A stretch of 64,000 nucleotides of DNA from Desulfobulbaceae bacterium. GTDB taxonomy: Bacteria > Desulfobacterota > Desulfobulbia > Desulfobulbales > Desulfocapsaceae. This document shows positions 54,564 to 64,000 of this stretch, one piece after another. Position 1 is the stretch's first letter; each line of letters starts with the position of its first letter. The notes under the pieces are model-generated. The model was given only the letters and a program-made list of their open reading frames with translations. It made no database searches and was not told where the DNA came from. Location: the NCBI GenBank assembly GCA_016278675.1, contig JADQBJ010000022.1, forward strand, positions 60,570 through 124,569, written 5' to 3'. The translations under genes and the position numbers were made by a program.

Positions 54564-56105
54564 CTAAATTTTAACGTTTACACCAGGCTGAGAAGATATT
54601 CCGGCTACCTCGCCCTCTTCAATCTCCTGCGCCAGCTCAAAGGAAAGCCCTGAGTGTGAGTTGTTGGGACTGGAAAAGGAGGTGTTTTCACGGGCAAGTT
54701 GATCTTCAAAAAGGTTATGATCCGCAGGTACATCGGAATCAAGGCTAATAGCAATTTCCCCAACAGAAAGGCCCTGGTCTTCCATTAACGCTTTTAGTCT
54801 GGGCAGATTTTTTTCCAGTATCTCCAGAACGTTTTGAGACTGTGCCAGAATGCTGGCGCTGATGGCCCCGTCTTTCAACTGGATGTCTATTTTCAGACTG
54901 CCAAGCTCCGCAGGATGAAGTTTCAACACCAGCTTTGAATCCTGCAGGTTGGGTGAGATTCGAAATTTCTGTGCGACCTGCTGCAGCACAGCATTCTCAT
55001 GGACAGATTGGGTAAATGTTAAAGTTCCTGGACGCAAAGTCTCACCGAGAGTTTGGCTCTTGTCCGTTGAGAGATTGCTCAGTGCCTGTGAAAAGGATGA
55101 TTCTGAACTTTCGCCTGATTTCACCGGAGAGGAAAGGGTGGGTTGTGCCGGCGCTTCACTGCCGGAGTCAAGAAGTTGCTGGTTATTATTTCGGGAATTG
55201 CCTGAATCAAGGTTCTGAGTCTGTGCCTCGAAAAGCTGAGGGCTGCCAATTTCACGGCGCAGTGACAAGGTATGGTCTCTCAACGGTGTGCCTTTCAGCT
55301 GAGCAGGTATTTCCGTAAGTCCTGCAATAATTTTTTCTGCTGAAAGGGAAGGTGCGGCAGGTCCGGAAGGTATTTCCGCAGTGGGCAGCAGTAAATTATT
55401 TTGCAGTAATGAGACCGGCACCCGCTCATTCCCTCGCAACACGCTAATGGAATCGTTATTCTGCAAAAGATTCAAGGCAGAGGTGGAGTCTTGTGACTGA
55501 AAGAGTGGCTGAGAAGGAGTCATGGCTACGGGTTTTACAGCCATGGAGGATGAATTGAATATTGCCGTTTCCCCGGCTCCAGTTCGTAATCCCGCTCTTG
55601 TCGAAACATCAGCAGGTATAATGAGTTTTATGACGGCATCCCGATCTGCAGGTGAAGGCAAAATGGGGGAATATGGCTGGGTGGGGAACTCGTGCTTTCC
55701 CGATATGGAAATTCCATTGACGGCAGCAGCAGATGAAAACCGAGCAGGACGGCCATCAACACCTGTTTGCGGTTGCTCAGCCGGCAACACATTGCTAATC
55801 TGTTGTTTATAAAATGGGGGTATTGATTCGTCAGGATATCTGAATTCAGCAGTTCCGGCGGGATCTTCTTCTTTGGCGAAATGACTGTCTCTGCTCTTTT
55901 CCTTGGCCGCAGCTGTTTTTTCAGAGCTTGAATCTATGCTTTTAGAGGTGCTGGGATCCTTAGTTTCCTGTAACTTTGCTTTGTCGTTGATTGCCTTGCT
56001 TAACTTGGGAGCGAAGGAGGATTCGCCGTCTTTGGGCTCGGTATTTGGGCTGCTCTTTGATGGACGAGCTTGAGGTGGTGCGGGGGCGACGGCAAATGCT
56101 TCCAT
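54564..56105 (-). CDS. fliK: Hook-length control protein FliK
   Basis: 513-aa Pro/Ser/Gln-rich ORF with a C-terminal FliK domain (LVLKLHPAELGSLKIDIQLKDGAISASILAQSQNVLEILEKNLPRLKALMEDQGL). Confidence 0.88.
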   Translation of the reverse strand: MEAFAVAPAPPQARPSKSSPNTEPKDGESSFAPKLSKAINDKAKLQETKDPSTSKSIDSSSEKTAAAKEKSRDSHFAKEEDPAGTAEFRYPDESIPPFYKQQISNVLPAEQPQTGVDGRPARFSSAAAVNGISISGKHEFPTQPYSPILPSPADRDAVIKLIIPADVSTRAGLRTGAGETAIFNSSSMAVKPVAMTPSQPLFQSQDSTSALNLLQNNDSISVLRGNERVPVSLLQNNLLLPTAEIPSGPAAPSLSAEKIIAGLTEIPAQLKGTPLRDHTLSLRREIGSPQLFEAQTQNLDSGNSRNNNQQLLDSGSEAPAQPTLSSPVKSGESSESSFSQALSNLSTDKSQTLGETLRPGTLTFTQSVHENAVLQQVAQKFRISPNLQDSKLVLKLHPAELGSLKIDIQLKDGAISASILAQSQNVLEILEKNLPRLKALMEDQGLSVGEIAISLDSDVPADHNLFEDQLARENTSFSSPNNSHSGLSFELAQEIEEGEVAGISSQPGVNVKI

Positions 56106-56111
56106 ATGGGT

Positions 56112-56642
56112 TCACTCTATTTGTATGGTTGTAAATACTGTACTCAGCTCTGTTGTTGTCTGTTTATTCAGCATGTCCAGGACTTCGGCAGCAGCCTTTG
56201 GCTTCATATTTGCTAAAAGCTCGGTGGCCAGATCAGGAGCCATGCCGGACATTGCAAGTGCCGCTCGCTGCGGAGCCATCTTTTCATAGATGGCGCTTAA
56301 ATCCTTTATTCGCTTTTTCTCTTCAGTTGATTTTTCCGCCAACAGCGCTTCGATCTTGTTGCGCATATTTTTTAACTCAGCGAGTCTTTTGTCTATCTCT
56401 GCAAGCTTCTTATCGACGGATAATTCCAGAGTCTTTAGTTCCTTTTCTCGTAATTCTAAATCTTTCTTTTTCTGAAAGACTTTTTCGCGCTCTTCCTGCA
56501 TCAACGCATATATTCGCCTTTCCTCCACCGATTTATACTGTTGTTCATCAGTCACTTCCTCGGCAGCACAGGGCATGGTCGAGATGAAAAAGAGCAATGC
56601 AGTCAGGAAAATATACTTTTGTAACTCTCTGAACATTTTCAT
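56112..56642 (-). CDS. YlxF/FlbB-like flagellar protein (MgtE-N/MotE-like C-terminus)
   Basis: Signal/TM segment, a K/E-rich coiled coil, and C-terminal AALAMSGMAPDLATELLANMKPKAAAEVLDML. Between fliJ and fliK as in Bacillus fla/che. Start set at the ATG at 56642, downstream of the fliJ stop. Confidence 0.65.
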   Translation of the reverse strand: MKMFRELQKYIFLTALLFFISTMPCAAEEVTDEQQYKSVEERRIYALMQEEREKVFQKKKDLELREKELKTLELSVDKKLAEIDKRLAELKNMRNKIEALLAEKSTEEKKRIKDLSAIYEKMAPQRAALAMSGMAPDLATELLANMKPKAAAEVLDMLNKQTTTELSTVFTTIQIE

Positions 56643-56670
56643 AATATCTCGTTGAGTGAAGGTTGAGTGT

Positions 56671-57117
56671 TCATGTTTTCTGCTGATCGCGGTCATGGGC
56701 CAGAACTGCAATTTCGTCAAGCTGTGCCGCTTCTTTCTTTTCCAGATACTGCCGCCATTCACGATTCTGTTTGTCTTTCAATTTTTCGAGGATCTTTTTG
56801 TCGCGTCGTCTGTCAACAACAAGACGCCGCTTTTGGCGTACTTTCACGGTGGCTGAATGAAGCTCATCGGCAACTTTTTTCTGCTGTCCTTTAAGCCAGC
56901 TGAGATGATTCTCATATTGCAGTAGATCCCCTACCGTAATTCCGCCGTCCTGTAATTGGTCGAGGCGGGCAAGGAGCTTGGTATAGCGGTCCACTACTTC
57001 GTCATACTCCTTCTGCTTTTCCTGGAGCTCAAGCTGAGCATGAACGAGTCTGGTTGCAGCTGCATCTTCCAGCTGCCTGCGGTATTGAAGAACTGCGGTC
57101 AGGGAAAAAGGCTTCAT
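56671..57117 (-). CDS. fliJ: Flagellar export protein FliJ
   Basis: 148-aa coiled-coil ORF (LTAVLQYRRQLEDAA...), directly after fliI. Confidence 0.8.
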   Translation of the reverse strand: MKPFSLTAVLQYRRQLEDAAATRLVHAQLELQEKQKEYDEVVDRYTKLLARLDQLQDGGITVGDLLQYENHLSWLKGQQKKVADELHSATVKVRQKRRLVVDRRRDKKILEKLKDKQNREWRQYLEKKEAAQLDEIAVLAHDRDQQKT

Positions 57118-57133
57118 AGCTTAGCCATCGAAA

Positions 57134-58498
57134 TCAGCGGTCATTTTTTCTTCGTTTCTGAAAAGGCTGCTCACCCTTGCGTTCATTAAGGAGAATGCCG
57201 AGTTCTTCCCTGGTGGTTTCCAACGAGGTTGATTCGTCAAAAGACTGCTGCAGGAAAGAATTGACTGCCTCGATCTTACTGATGGCCAAATCGATCTGAG
57301 GGTTGGAGCCGCCGGTATAGGCTCCGATGTTAATCAGATCTTCGGCCTCTGCGTAGGTGGCCAGTATGCTTCTTGCCTTGGCGGAGAGTTCGAGGTGTCT
57401 GGTGGTGACAATATCCCGCATAACCCTGCTGGCGGAGTTGAGCACGTCGATTGCAGGATAATGATTTCTGGCGGCAATATCCCGGGAGAGAACAATATGT
57501 CCGTCAAGTATTGATCTGACCGAATCAGCGACCGGTTCAGTCATGTCATCACCTTCGACCAGAACGGTGTAGAGTCCGGTGATGGACCCCTGGTCCCGAA
57601 AACGTCCGGCTCTTTCGAGGAGTCGGGGCAAGGTGGCAAATACCGAGGGAGTATAGCCTTTGGTGGTCGGCGGTTCGCCCACGGCAAGACCGATTTCCCG
57701 CATTGCCATGGCAAATCGGGTAACGGAATCCATCATCAGAAGTACATTCTTGCCTTTCCTGCAGAAGAATTCGGCGATGGTGGTGGCGACAAATGCTCCT
57801 CTCATTCTCAAAAGCGGGGATTGGTCTGAGGTAACTACCACGATAACAGAGCGTGCCAGGCCTTCTTTTCCCAGATCCCGTTCGATAAATTCACGCACTT
57901 CCCGGCCGCGCTCGCCTATCAGGGCAATAACATTGACGTCAGCCCGGGCGTATTTTGACATCATTCCCAGAAGGACGCTTTTGCCTATGCCCGATCCTGC
58001 CATTATTCCCATACGCTGTCCCATACCGCAGGTCAGCAGGCCATTTATCGCCCTGATCCCCAGATCGAGAGGATCGGTTATGTTTTTTCTTTCCATCGGT
58101 CCGGGAGGATCGGCATAGAGGCTCATCTCCGTACTTAGCAGGGGGACAGGCAAGCCATCCTGGGGCTCTTCCATGGCGTCTATGACCCTGCCGAGAAGAT
58201 TGTCGCCTACTTTGATGGTAGCCGCATCCCTGATTACCCGTATTGTACTGCCTGGACCAAGGCCACGAACTGTCCCCAGCGGCATCAGCAGGGCTCGGGA
58301 ATCTCTAAATCCGACAACTTCGGCATATATTCCGGAATCCTTATCCAGAGTGGAAATCCGGCAAAGAGAACCGATGGTGGAATTAGGGCAGTGCCCCTCT
58401 ATGACCAGACCGACTATCCTGGTCACTTTGCCATACACCTTTATGGTTTGCAGGTTCTCAAGAGAGGATGGCTTTAATGGCATGTGACCACCTGTCAT
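57134..58498 (-). CDS. fliI: Flagellum-specific ATPase FliI
   Basis: Walker A GSGIGKS, Walker B LLMMDS, F1/T3SS ATPase sequence. ATGA overlap with the fliH stop. Confidence 0.95.
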   Translation of the reverse strand: MTGGHMPLKPSSLENLQTIKVYGKVTRIVGLVIEGHCPNSTIGSLCRISTLDKDSGIYAEVVGFRDSRALLMPLGTVRGLGPGSTIRVIRDAATIKVGDNLLGRVIDAMEEPQDGLPVPLLSTEMSLYADPPGPMERKNITDPLDLGIRAINGLLTCGMGQRMGIMAGSGIGKSVLLGMMSKYARADVNVIALIGERGREVREFIERDLGKEGLARSVIVVVTSDQSPLLRMRGAFVATTIAEFFCRKGKNVLLMMDSVTRFAMAMREIGLAVGEPPTTKGYTPSVFATLPRLLERAGRFRDQGSITGLYTVLVEGDDMTEPVADSVRSILDGHIVLSRDIAARNHYPAIDVLNSASRVMRDIVTTRHLELSAKARSILATYAEAEDLINIGAYTGGSNPQIDLAISKIEAVNSFLQQSFDESTSLETTREELGILLNERKGEQPFQKRRKNDR

Positions 58499-59271
58499 TT
58501 CTGCTTGATTGCACTCGAAATAAGCTCAAGTTGACTCGCCACTGTTGCATCCACTGTGCAATTGCTTGACTCCACAAGACAGCCGCCCTGTTCGATTACC
58601 GGATCGGATTTTACAATAATATTTTCCAGGCCGTTTATGCCGGTGATAAAATCTGCCGAACGGGAGCTGATTGTTTCAAAATCATCCGGGTTTACCCTAA
58701 TGATGAATTCATCAGATTTTACGGCCAGCTGAATCGCTTCATCCACCGTTCTGATAATAGTATTTTCCTGTGAAGCTACCGAGTGCCGGATGACTTTTTC
58801 GGCAATTTTCAGAACCATGTTGTGCATTTCCTCAAGGCTGTTTTTAAGGATGATTTCATGCACGGAATTGAGCTGTTCACAGGCCGACTGGAGGGTCCTG
58901 ATACTTGAGCCGTAATCGCTTTCCATCCGTTCGATACCTGCTTGTACTCCTTTATTGAAATATTCTTCGGTTAAAGCGTCTATATCAATTGGGGGCGCTT
59001 GGGTCTCTTGTATTTCCCCTTGGCCCGGATCGCTACCGGGTTCATTTGCCGTTTCCGGAGAGGAGAAATCATCGAACGATGAGAAATCGTCTGCACCGGT
59101 GCCTGAGTCCCGGCTGTCTGTCGGCTGGTCTTGGCTGGCCTGCCGTACGGATTCCTCGCTTTCCCTTTCTATCCGTTGGGCAAGATCCTCCCAGATCGGG
59201 GGTCGCTCAATATCGCCAGCGATTATTTTGACGGGGACAAACCCGTTTGAATCCTTGATCACCTTAGACAA
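58495..59271 (-). CDS. fliH: Flagellar assembly protein FliH
   Basis: The C-terminal half is FliH-like. It lies between fliG and fliI. The start is proposed at the TTG at 59271 (SD GGAGG 8 nt upstream), overlapping the fliG stop. The ATG at 59319 would overlap fliG by 56 nt. Confidence 0.8.
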   Translation of the reverse strand: MSKVIKDSNGFVPVKIIAGDIERPPIWEDLAQRIERESEESVRQASQDQPTDSRDSGTGADDFSSFDDFSSPETANEPGSDPGQGEIQETQAPPIDIDALTEEYFNKGVQAGIERMESDYGSSIRTLQSACEQLNSVHEIILKNSLEEMHNMVLKIAEKVIRHSVASQENTIIRTVDEAIQLAVKSDEFIIRVNPDDFETISSRSADFITGINGLENIIVKSDPVIEQGGCLVESSNCTVDATVASQLELISSAIKQK

Positions 59272-60265
59272 ATTCGTCGCCTCCGACCTTGTTGAGTACA
59301 ATCTTACCCTCTTCCTCAAGCTTCATGGCGATCTTAACTATCGACTGCTGCATCGCTTCAACTTCGGACAGCCTCACCGGACCCATGGCTTCCAGGTCGT
59401 CTTTGATCATGTCGGCGGCCCGGATGGACATGTTGGCATAGATTTTCTCTTTCATTTCATCGGATGCGGTTTTCAGAGCCATGGTCAGCGAATCATTGTT
59501 TACTTCCCGAAGGATCATCTGTAGAGATCTGCCGTCCAGACCGACAAGATTCTCGAAGGTGAACATTCGTTTGCGAATCTCTTCAGCCAGTTCGGGATCG
59601 GTTTCTTCTATAGTCTCCAGGATATCGGCATCAAGATTGTTCTGCAGGTGGCCGAGTAGATCGACAACTTTGTCGAGGCCGCCAACCTGCCGCTGCTCCC
59701 TGCCTATGTTGCTGCCGAGTTCCTTGTTGAGGGCCTCCTCGATTCCCGAGATAACCTCGGGCGATACCTTTTCCAGTTTTGCAATGCGATAAACGACATC
59801 GGCCTGGAATTCTTCGGGCAGCCAGGAAAGGATTTCGCCGGCATGCTGTACATGCTGCGTTGAGAGAATGAGGGCGATGGTCTGAGGATGCTCCTTTTCC
59901 AGGAGGCCGGCGACCATTCTTGCCTGCATCATGGCAATGGTTTCCAGCGGTCGTGATTCGGTTCCAGATATGAACTGATCGAGAAGGTCGTCAGCTCTTT
60001 CGTTTTCGGTCTTGGCAAGCGCGAGTTTGGCGAAGTCACTGCCCTTAAGGAAAAGGCCGGCATATTTTTTCTCGGCTTCGAGAAAGGTGTTCACAACCAT
60101 TTCCTTGACATCGCTGGGGATATGATCGATAACCGCCATCGCTTTGGTTACCCGGCGAATTTCATCGTCAGTAAACTCCTGAAATATCTTGGCGGTGGCA
60201 TCTTCACCAAGACACATCAGGACAACGGCAGCCTTTTTAATATTACTGAGGTCTTCAATGCTCAT
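59264..60265 (-). CDS. fliG: Flagellar motor switch protein FliG
   Basis: KAAVVLMCLGEDATAKIFQEF..., FENLVGLDGRSLQMILREV and MSIRAADMIKDDLEAMGPVRLSEVE are canonical FliG. Confidence 0.95.
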   Translation of the reverse strand: MSIEDLSNIKKAAVVLMCLGEDATAKIFQEFTDDEIRRVTKAMAVIDHIPSDVKEMVVNTFLEAEKKYAGLFLKGSDFAKLALAKTENERADDLLDQFISGTESRPLETIAMMQARMVAGLLEKEHPQTIALILSTQHVQHAGEILSWLPEEFQADVVYRIAKLEKVSPEVISGIEEALNKELGSNIGREQRQVGGLDKVVDLLGHLQNNLDADILETIEETDPELAEEIRKRMFTFENLVGLDGRSLQMILREVNNDSLTMALKTASDEMKEKIYANMSIRAADMIKDDLEAMGPVRLSEVEAMQQSIVKIAMKLEEEGKIVLNKVGGDEFV

Positions 60266-60268
60266 GTA

Positions 60269-61900
60269 TTATGCTTCCTGGAGCCAGTTTTTTATAATAT
60301 GCGCCGCAGGTGTCGGGTTTTCCATAACCTTTCGGCGAATTAACACAAGAGGATCCTCGGAGATGAGCTCTTCCGCCTTGCGTTTCTCCATCGCCAGAGC
60401 CTTGGCGGTCTGCTGCTGTTCCAGTTCCAGTGCTTCCACTGTCTTGTAGTGCTCTTTTACTTCACCGCGCAGCGTTTTAATCACAGGACGCACCAGCAGA
60501 AGGTAGAGCATAAGTGCACCGCAGGCAAACAGCCCGATTTTGACAAAGGGGAGATACTCATAAAGCAGATTGTCCGGCAGTTTTTCGGCGACCATTATTT
60601 CCTTGGGTGCTTCCGTGAACGGCATCGACAGAACATTGATCTGATCGCCGCGTTCGGCGTTCAGTCCCAGCGCTGTGGCTACCATGGTTTGCAGTGAGTT
60701 CAACTCCTCGTCTGTTCTCGGTACAACTGTCTGCGCAGCATTTTCGCTCGCCGGAACGACTTGGTCGGCAACGAGAATCGAGACGGAGAGATTCTTGATA
60801 GTGCCCACCGGGTTTATTATCTTGCTGATGGTCTTACTGATTTCATAATTGGTTGTGCGTGAGGTTCTCGAATTGGAACTCGCTTCACTCTGCAGCGGAT
60901 CGATGCCGTCAAGATTTGACTGGACTCCGGGGATACCGGCCGGCGCAGGTTTGCCGTTCTCTTCCTGGTTTATTTGTTCACTGCGGATTACCGGTTCTTC
61001 TGAATCAAAAAGCTCCTCGGTTTTTTCCACTTTTGAGAAATCCAGGGCAGCACTGACACGAACCATTGCCTTGTCTCTGCCCATGGTTCGGTCGAGCAGG
61101 TCCTGAGCGCGTATCTCCAGCCGCTGCTCTACTTCCTGCTGGTACGCCAGCATATCAACGGAGAAATATTTATCTTCCTCTTCCTTCTGCCCGGCATCAA
61201 GCGCCATGCCATTGGAATCGATTACGGTGATGTTTTCCGGAGTGAGACCGGTGATCGATCCGGCCACCAGATGAACAATGCCCTGGACCTGCTTCTGATC
61301 CAGTGTTTTTCCCTTGGCCAGTGCGAGAATGACGGAAGCTGTCGCCTGCTTCTGTTGATTCTTGAATAATCTTTTCTCAGGTAAAGCGAGATGAACCCGG
61401 GCTGAGACCACCGGTTCCAGTGTGGCGATGGTGCGGGAAAGCTCACCCTGAAGAGCGCGGGTATAGTTTACTTTTTGGACGTAGTCCGTAAGGGCGAAAC
61501 TTTGTTTGTCGAATACCTCAAACCCCACTCCATTTCCTGCCGGCAGACCATTTCCGGCGAGGTTAAGTCTAGTCTCGTGAAGAATGGCGGCGGGAATCCA
61601 GATATTCCTGCCATTGTTTTTCAGTTCATAGGGGATATTTTCCCCTTTGAGCCAGGCAACCACAGGTGCGGCATCATTCTCGGCCAGATTAGCGTACAGC
61701 AACTGGTAATCCGCCTTCTTTCCCTGAAAGATCAGAATGCCGAAAAGGGTAACGGAAACCAGAATGACGCCCGCCAGGGCCAGTTTTCTCGATAAAGGCC
61801 ACTCTTTGATGAGCGTGGTAAGGTTCTTTCTTTCGATCGCTTGCTCGGATGAAGCTGTCGGTAAAGTAGTTTCTCCCGCGGGTAAAGTTTCTTCAGCCAT
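60269..61900 (-). CDS. fliF: Flagellar MS-ring protein FliF
   Basis: 543 aa; LYANLAENDAAPVVAWLKGENIPYEL and YTRALQGELSRTI motifs; C-terminal TM helix. Confidence 0.95.
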   Translation of the reverse strand: MAEETLPAGETTLPTASSEQAIERKNLTTLIKEWPLSRKLALAGVILVSVTLFGILIFQGKKADYQLLYANLAENDAAPVVAWLKGENIPYELKNNGRNIWIPAAILHETRLNLAGNGLPAGNGVGFEVFDKQSFALTDYVQKVNYTRALQGELSRTIATLEPVVSARVHLALPEKRLFKNQQKQATASVILALAKGKTLDQKQVQGIVHLVAGSITGLTPENITVIDSNGMALDAGQKEEEDKYFSVDMLAYQQEVEQRLEIRAQDLLDRTMGRDKAMVRVSAALDFSKVEKTEELFDSEEPVIRSEQINQEENGKPAPAGIPGVQSNLDGIDPLQSEASSNSRTSRTTNYEISKTISKIINPVGTIKNLSVSILVADQVVPASENAAQTVVPRTDEELNSLQTMVATALGLNAERGDQINVLSMPFTEAPKEIMVAEKLPDNLLYEYLPFVKIGLFACGALMLYLLLVRPVIKTLRGEVKEHYKTVEALELEQQQTAKALAMEKRKAEELISEDPLVLIRRKVMENPTPAAHIIKNWLQEA

Positions 61901-62004
61901 CGGACAATCCTTGTTAAGTAACTGTTATTGAGATGATGATCCCGGGTCAATTAATATTGATTTCGAGCTTTGAGGCTTTAATGCAATGGCCGCCTACGCC
62001 GCCA

Positions 62005-62304
62005 TCATATTTGCAGCCTCATGATTTCATTATAGGCCTCCAATGCCTTATTCCGCATCTGTACAAGCATGCGGATGGAGATGTCCGCCTCTGCCGTGGC
62101 TATCATCACCTCATGGAGGTTCTCGGCCTTTCCTGTATGCAATTTCTGTATCGCGATATCACCCTTTAAACTCGTCTGGTTTACCTGTTCTATGGTTTTG
62201 CTGAGCAGTTCACCGAAATTTTCTCTAGCCTGGGTTATCTCGATACCGTCTGTCTTCGGCAGGGCAAGGGGAAGCTTGCCCCCGACAATTATTGAGGATT
62301 CCAT
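62005..62304 (-). CDS. fliE: Flagellar hook-basal body protein FliE
   Basis: 99 aa; C-terminal HEVMIATAEADISIRMLVQMRNKALEAYNEIMRLQI is typical of FliE. Confidence 0.9.
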   Translation of the reverse strand: MESSIIVGGKLPLALPKTDGIEITQARENFGELLSKTIEQVNQTSLKGDIAIQKLHTGKAENLHEVMIATAEADISIRMLVQMRNKALEAYNEIMRLQI

Positions 62305-62307
62305 GGA

Positions 62308-62739
62308 TTATCTCCCAATTTCCAGGGCCTTCATGGCCATGCGTTTGGCTGATTTTATCGTTGTGGCATTGGCTTCGTAGGAGCGCGTTGTCGACATCAT
62401 ATCAACCATTTCCTTGAGAACATTGATATTGGGCATGGCAACATAGCCGTTTTCATCGGCATCGGGATGCTCGGGCCTGTATACTTTTTGCGGCGGTTCT
62501 TTGTCTTCGAGAATTTCAGACACTTTTACTCCCTGGATGGTAGTTTGGAGATTTGAATCAAGATGTTCCTGGAAGGAAAGAGGAGAACTTTGAAAATTGA
62601 CGGATTTACGCTTGTATGGTCCGCCTTCAGGTGTTGAAGTGGTCTCAATATTTGCCAGATTTGAACTGATGGTATTGAGCCTGATACTGTTGGCCTTAAG
62701 GGCCGAGGCGCCTATTTGCATAGATGTAAAAATATCCAT
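62308..62739 (-). CDS. flgC: Proximal rod protein FlgC
   Basis: SALKANSIRLNTISSNLANIETTSTPEGGPYKRK and C-terminus VNVLKEMVDMMSTTRSYEANATTIKSAKRM. Confidence 0.95.
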   Translation of the reverse strand: MDIFTSMQIGASALKANSIRLNTISSNLANIETTSTPEGGPYKRKSVNFQSSPLSFQEHLDSNLQTTIQGVKVSEILEDKEPPQKVYRPEHPDADENGYVAMPNINVLKEMVDMMSTTRSYEANATTIKSAKRMAMKALEIGR

Positions 62740-62762
62740 TACTCTCTCCTTGACGACCTTTT

Positions 62763-63176
62763 TTACTGGCCGCCCTGTATGATGTATTTCCTTAAAGTCA
62801 GTTTATTACTGAGGAGCTGCGCCGCCGTCTCATAGAGGAGTTCGTTCTCGGAAAGAGCGAGCATCTCCTGCTCGAGGCTGACACCGTTTTTATCACCGAT
62901 GCCGATGTCATTGTTTTCTTTAATGATACGTCCGTTGACGTCGCCTACGTTTCCGGGTGTGATAGGTATGTGTGAATTGTGTGTGGTTTTCAGGGAAAAT
63001 GATCCTTTGTCGATTGCATGTTGTAATTCTTTTTGGAATTCGAACCGGGACGGCTCATATCCGGGAGTTTCACTGTTGGCGATATTTGAAGCGATAACCT
63101 TTTCATTGCCGGCACGGAGATCCAGGACTTTTTGCAATAGGGTAATGTTTTGATCAGATATCGAGTTGCTCTTCAT
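62763..63176 (-). CDS. flgB: Proximal rod protein FlgB
   Basis: LDLRAGNEKVIASNIANSETPGYEP and C-terminus LEQEMLALSENELLYETAAQLL are typical of FlgB. Confidence 0.93.
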   Translation of the reverse strand: MKSNSISDQNITLLQKVLDLRAGNEKVIASNIANSETPGYEPSRFEFQKELQHAIDKGSFSLKTTHNSHIPITPGNVGDVNGRIIKENNDIGIGDKNGVSLEQEMLALSENELLYETAAQLLSNKLTLRKYIIQGGQ

Positions 63177-63216
63177 TGTATTCTCCGACGTTTAGCGCCT
63201 TATAAATTGTTTACCA

Positions 63217-64000
63217 TCAATACTGTTTATCGATTTCGTGGAACTCCAGTTCCTTCTCAGCTAATCTTTTCCATAATGGGTCATTTCCTTTTTCGACAAT
63301 TTCCCTGAAGAGCTTTAAAGACTTCTCTGTTTCTTCTCTTTCCCTGGCGATCATCGCCAATCTATGTCGGGACTGGTCAAAAAATTTTGTCTTTTCCTTG
63401 AGGCGTAGAAAAAGCTCTTCCGAGCTTTGATGAAAATTTTCCTGGAAAAAGCTTTCAGCAAGTATGAAAAGAGAGTCATCTGAGCGAAGCTCACCGGATT
63501 TCCAGGCTGGAGTGAGCACTTCTATGGCTCGAGCATATCGGTTTGTGGTAAAATAGACTCTTGCGGCAATTTCCTGGACCTCGGGTTCATCCGGCAGGGG
63601 AGAGGAGAGCAGGGTAAGCGCCCGTTCGCTTTTTCCAGCTGCCACCAGAGATTGAAGATATATGAGAGAGATTTCCTGTCTGTCCCTGCCGCTCGGATAA
63701 TTGTAGTTGTACTGCAATACATGATCTTCGACCAGTTCATGCTCTCCCTGGGCGTAGAGGATGGAAAGAAGAGGCAGGTAATATTTCTCCTTTTCCACCT
63801 GTCCCGCTATTTTCAATAAATAGAGATAGAGCTTTCCGGCTTCATGATAAATTCCCAGTTCATGATATGACTTGGCGAGGAGGCTCAATAGTTCGATATC
63901 CACCCAGCTATTTTGGAAAAGCTCCCTGTTTTTCTTAGCCAGGACAATGGCGTCGACATAGTTGCCCTCAGCCAAATGCTTCTCGAGCTGTTTCGGCAGT
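63217..64000 (-). CDS. TPR-repeat protein (C-terminal part; the ORF stays open to the right edge)
   Basis: Repeated A/Y/L TPR-like helices (AKSYHELGIYHEAGKLYLYLLK, ARVYFTTNRYARAIEVL). The frame continues upstream of the listed ATG with no stop before position 64000. Confidence 0.6.
   Translation of the reverse strand, partial: LPKQLEKHLAEGNYVDAIVLAKKNRELFQNSWVDIELLSLLAKSYHELGIYHEAGKLYLYLLKIAGQVEKEKYYLPLLSILYAQGEHELVEDHVLQYNYNYPSGRDRQEISLIYLQSLVAAGKSERALTLLSSPLPDEPEVQEIAARVYFTTNRYARAIEVLTPAWKSGELRSDDSLFILAESFFQENFHQSSEELFLRLKEKTKFFDQSRHRLAMIAREREETEKSLKLFREIVEKGNDPLWKRLAEKELEFHEIDKQY

Noticed and set aside
58495-59319. fliH starting at the ATG at 59319.
   Set aside because: It would overlap the fliG 3' end by 56 nt. 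A TTG at 59271 with GGAGG 8 nt upstream gives the usual stop/start coupling. The call remains uncertain.

Overview
This 64-kb window comes from a flagellated diderm. Gene content and order suggest a Desulfobacterota/deltaproteobacterium-like organism, but the taxon is inference only.

The left ~11.7 kb is housekeeping:
- ybeY (partial) and phoH
- a DsbA-type thioredoxin protein
- tRNA-Leu(UAG)
- the tig-clpP-clpX-lon block
- tRNA-Val(UAC) and tRNA-Asp(GUC)
- a lipoprotein and an OYE flavin oxidoreductase

From 11.8 kb to the right edge the window is essentially one flagellar regulon:
- an orphan FliK-like / FlhB-C-terminal-domain pair
- two tandem YcgR-type PilZ proteins
- a complete pseudaminic-acid pathway (pseBCFGHI), a Maf-type flagellin glycosyltransferase and a decayed partial maf duplicate
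- fliC-flaG-fliD-fliS plus one unassigned gene
- fliW-csrA
- a DUF5610-like gene followed by flgM-flgN-flgK-flgL
- flgF-G-A-H-I and a rod-binding-only FlgJ
- motAB-fliLMNOPQR-flhBAFG-fliA and a small membrane protein
- a TPR gene followed by flgBC-fliEFGHIJ, a ylxF-like gene, and fliK-flgD-flgE

No transposase, integrase, CRISPR array or rRNA is visible.

The less ordinary signals are regulatory or non-coding:
1. Five sigma-28-type promoter matches. One abuts the ATG of the orphan FliK-like gene and one precedes the pse operon.
2. CsrA-type GGA hairpin plus SD leaders on fliC and on the flgM operon. The flgM-operon leader is duplicated 348 nt upstream, ahead of a structured, ORF-less segment.
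3. A mosaic family of hairpin-rich intergenic repeats at seven or more loci. One copy splits fliR from flhB.

All promoter, RNA and repeat calls rest on reading the sequence by eye. No database search or folding computation was run.
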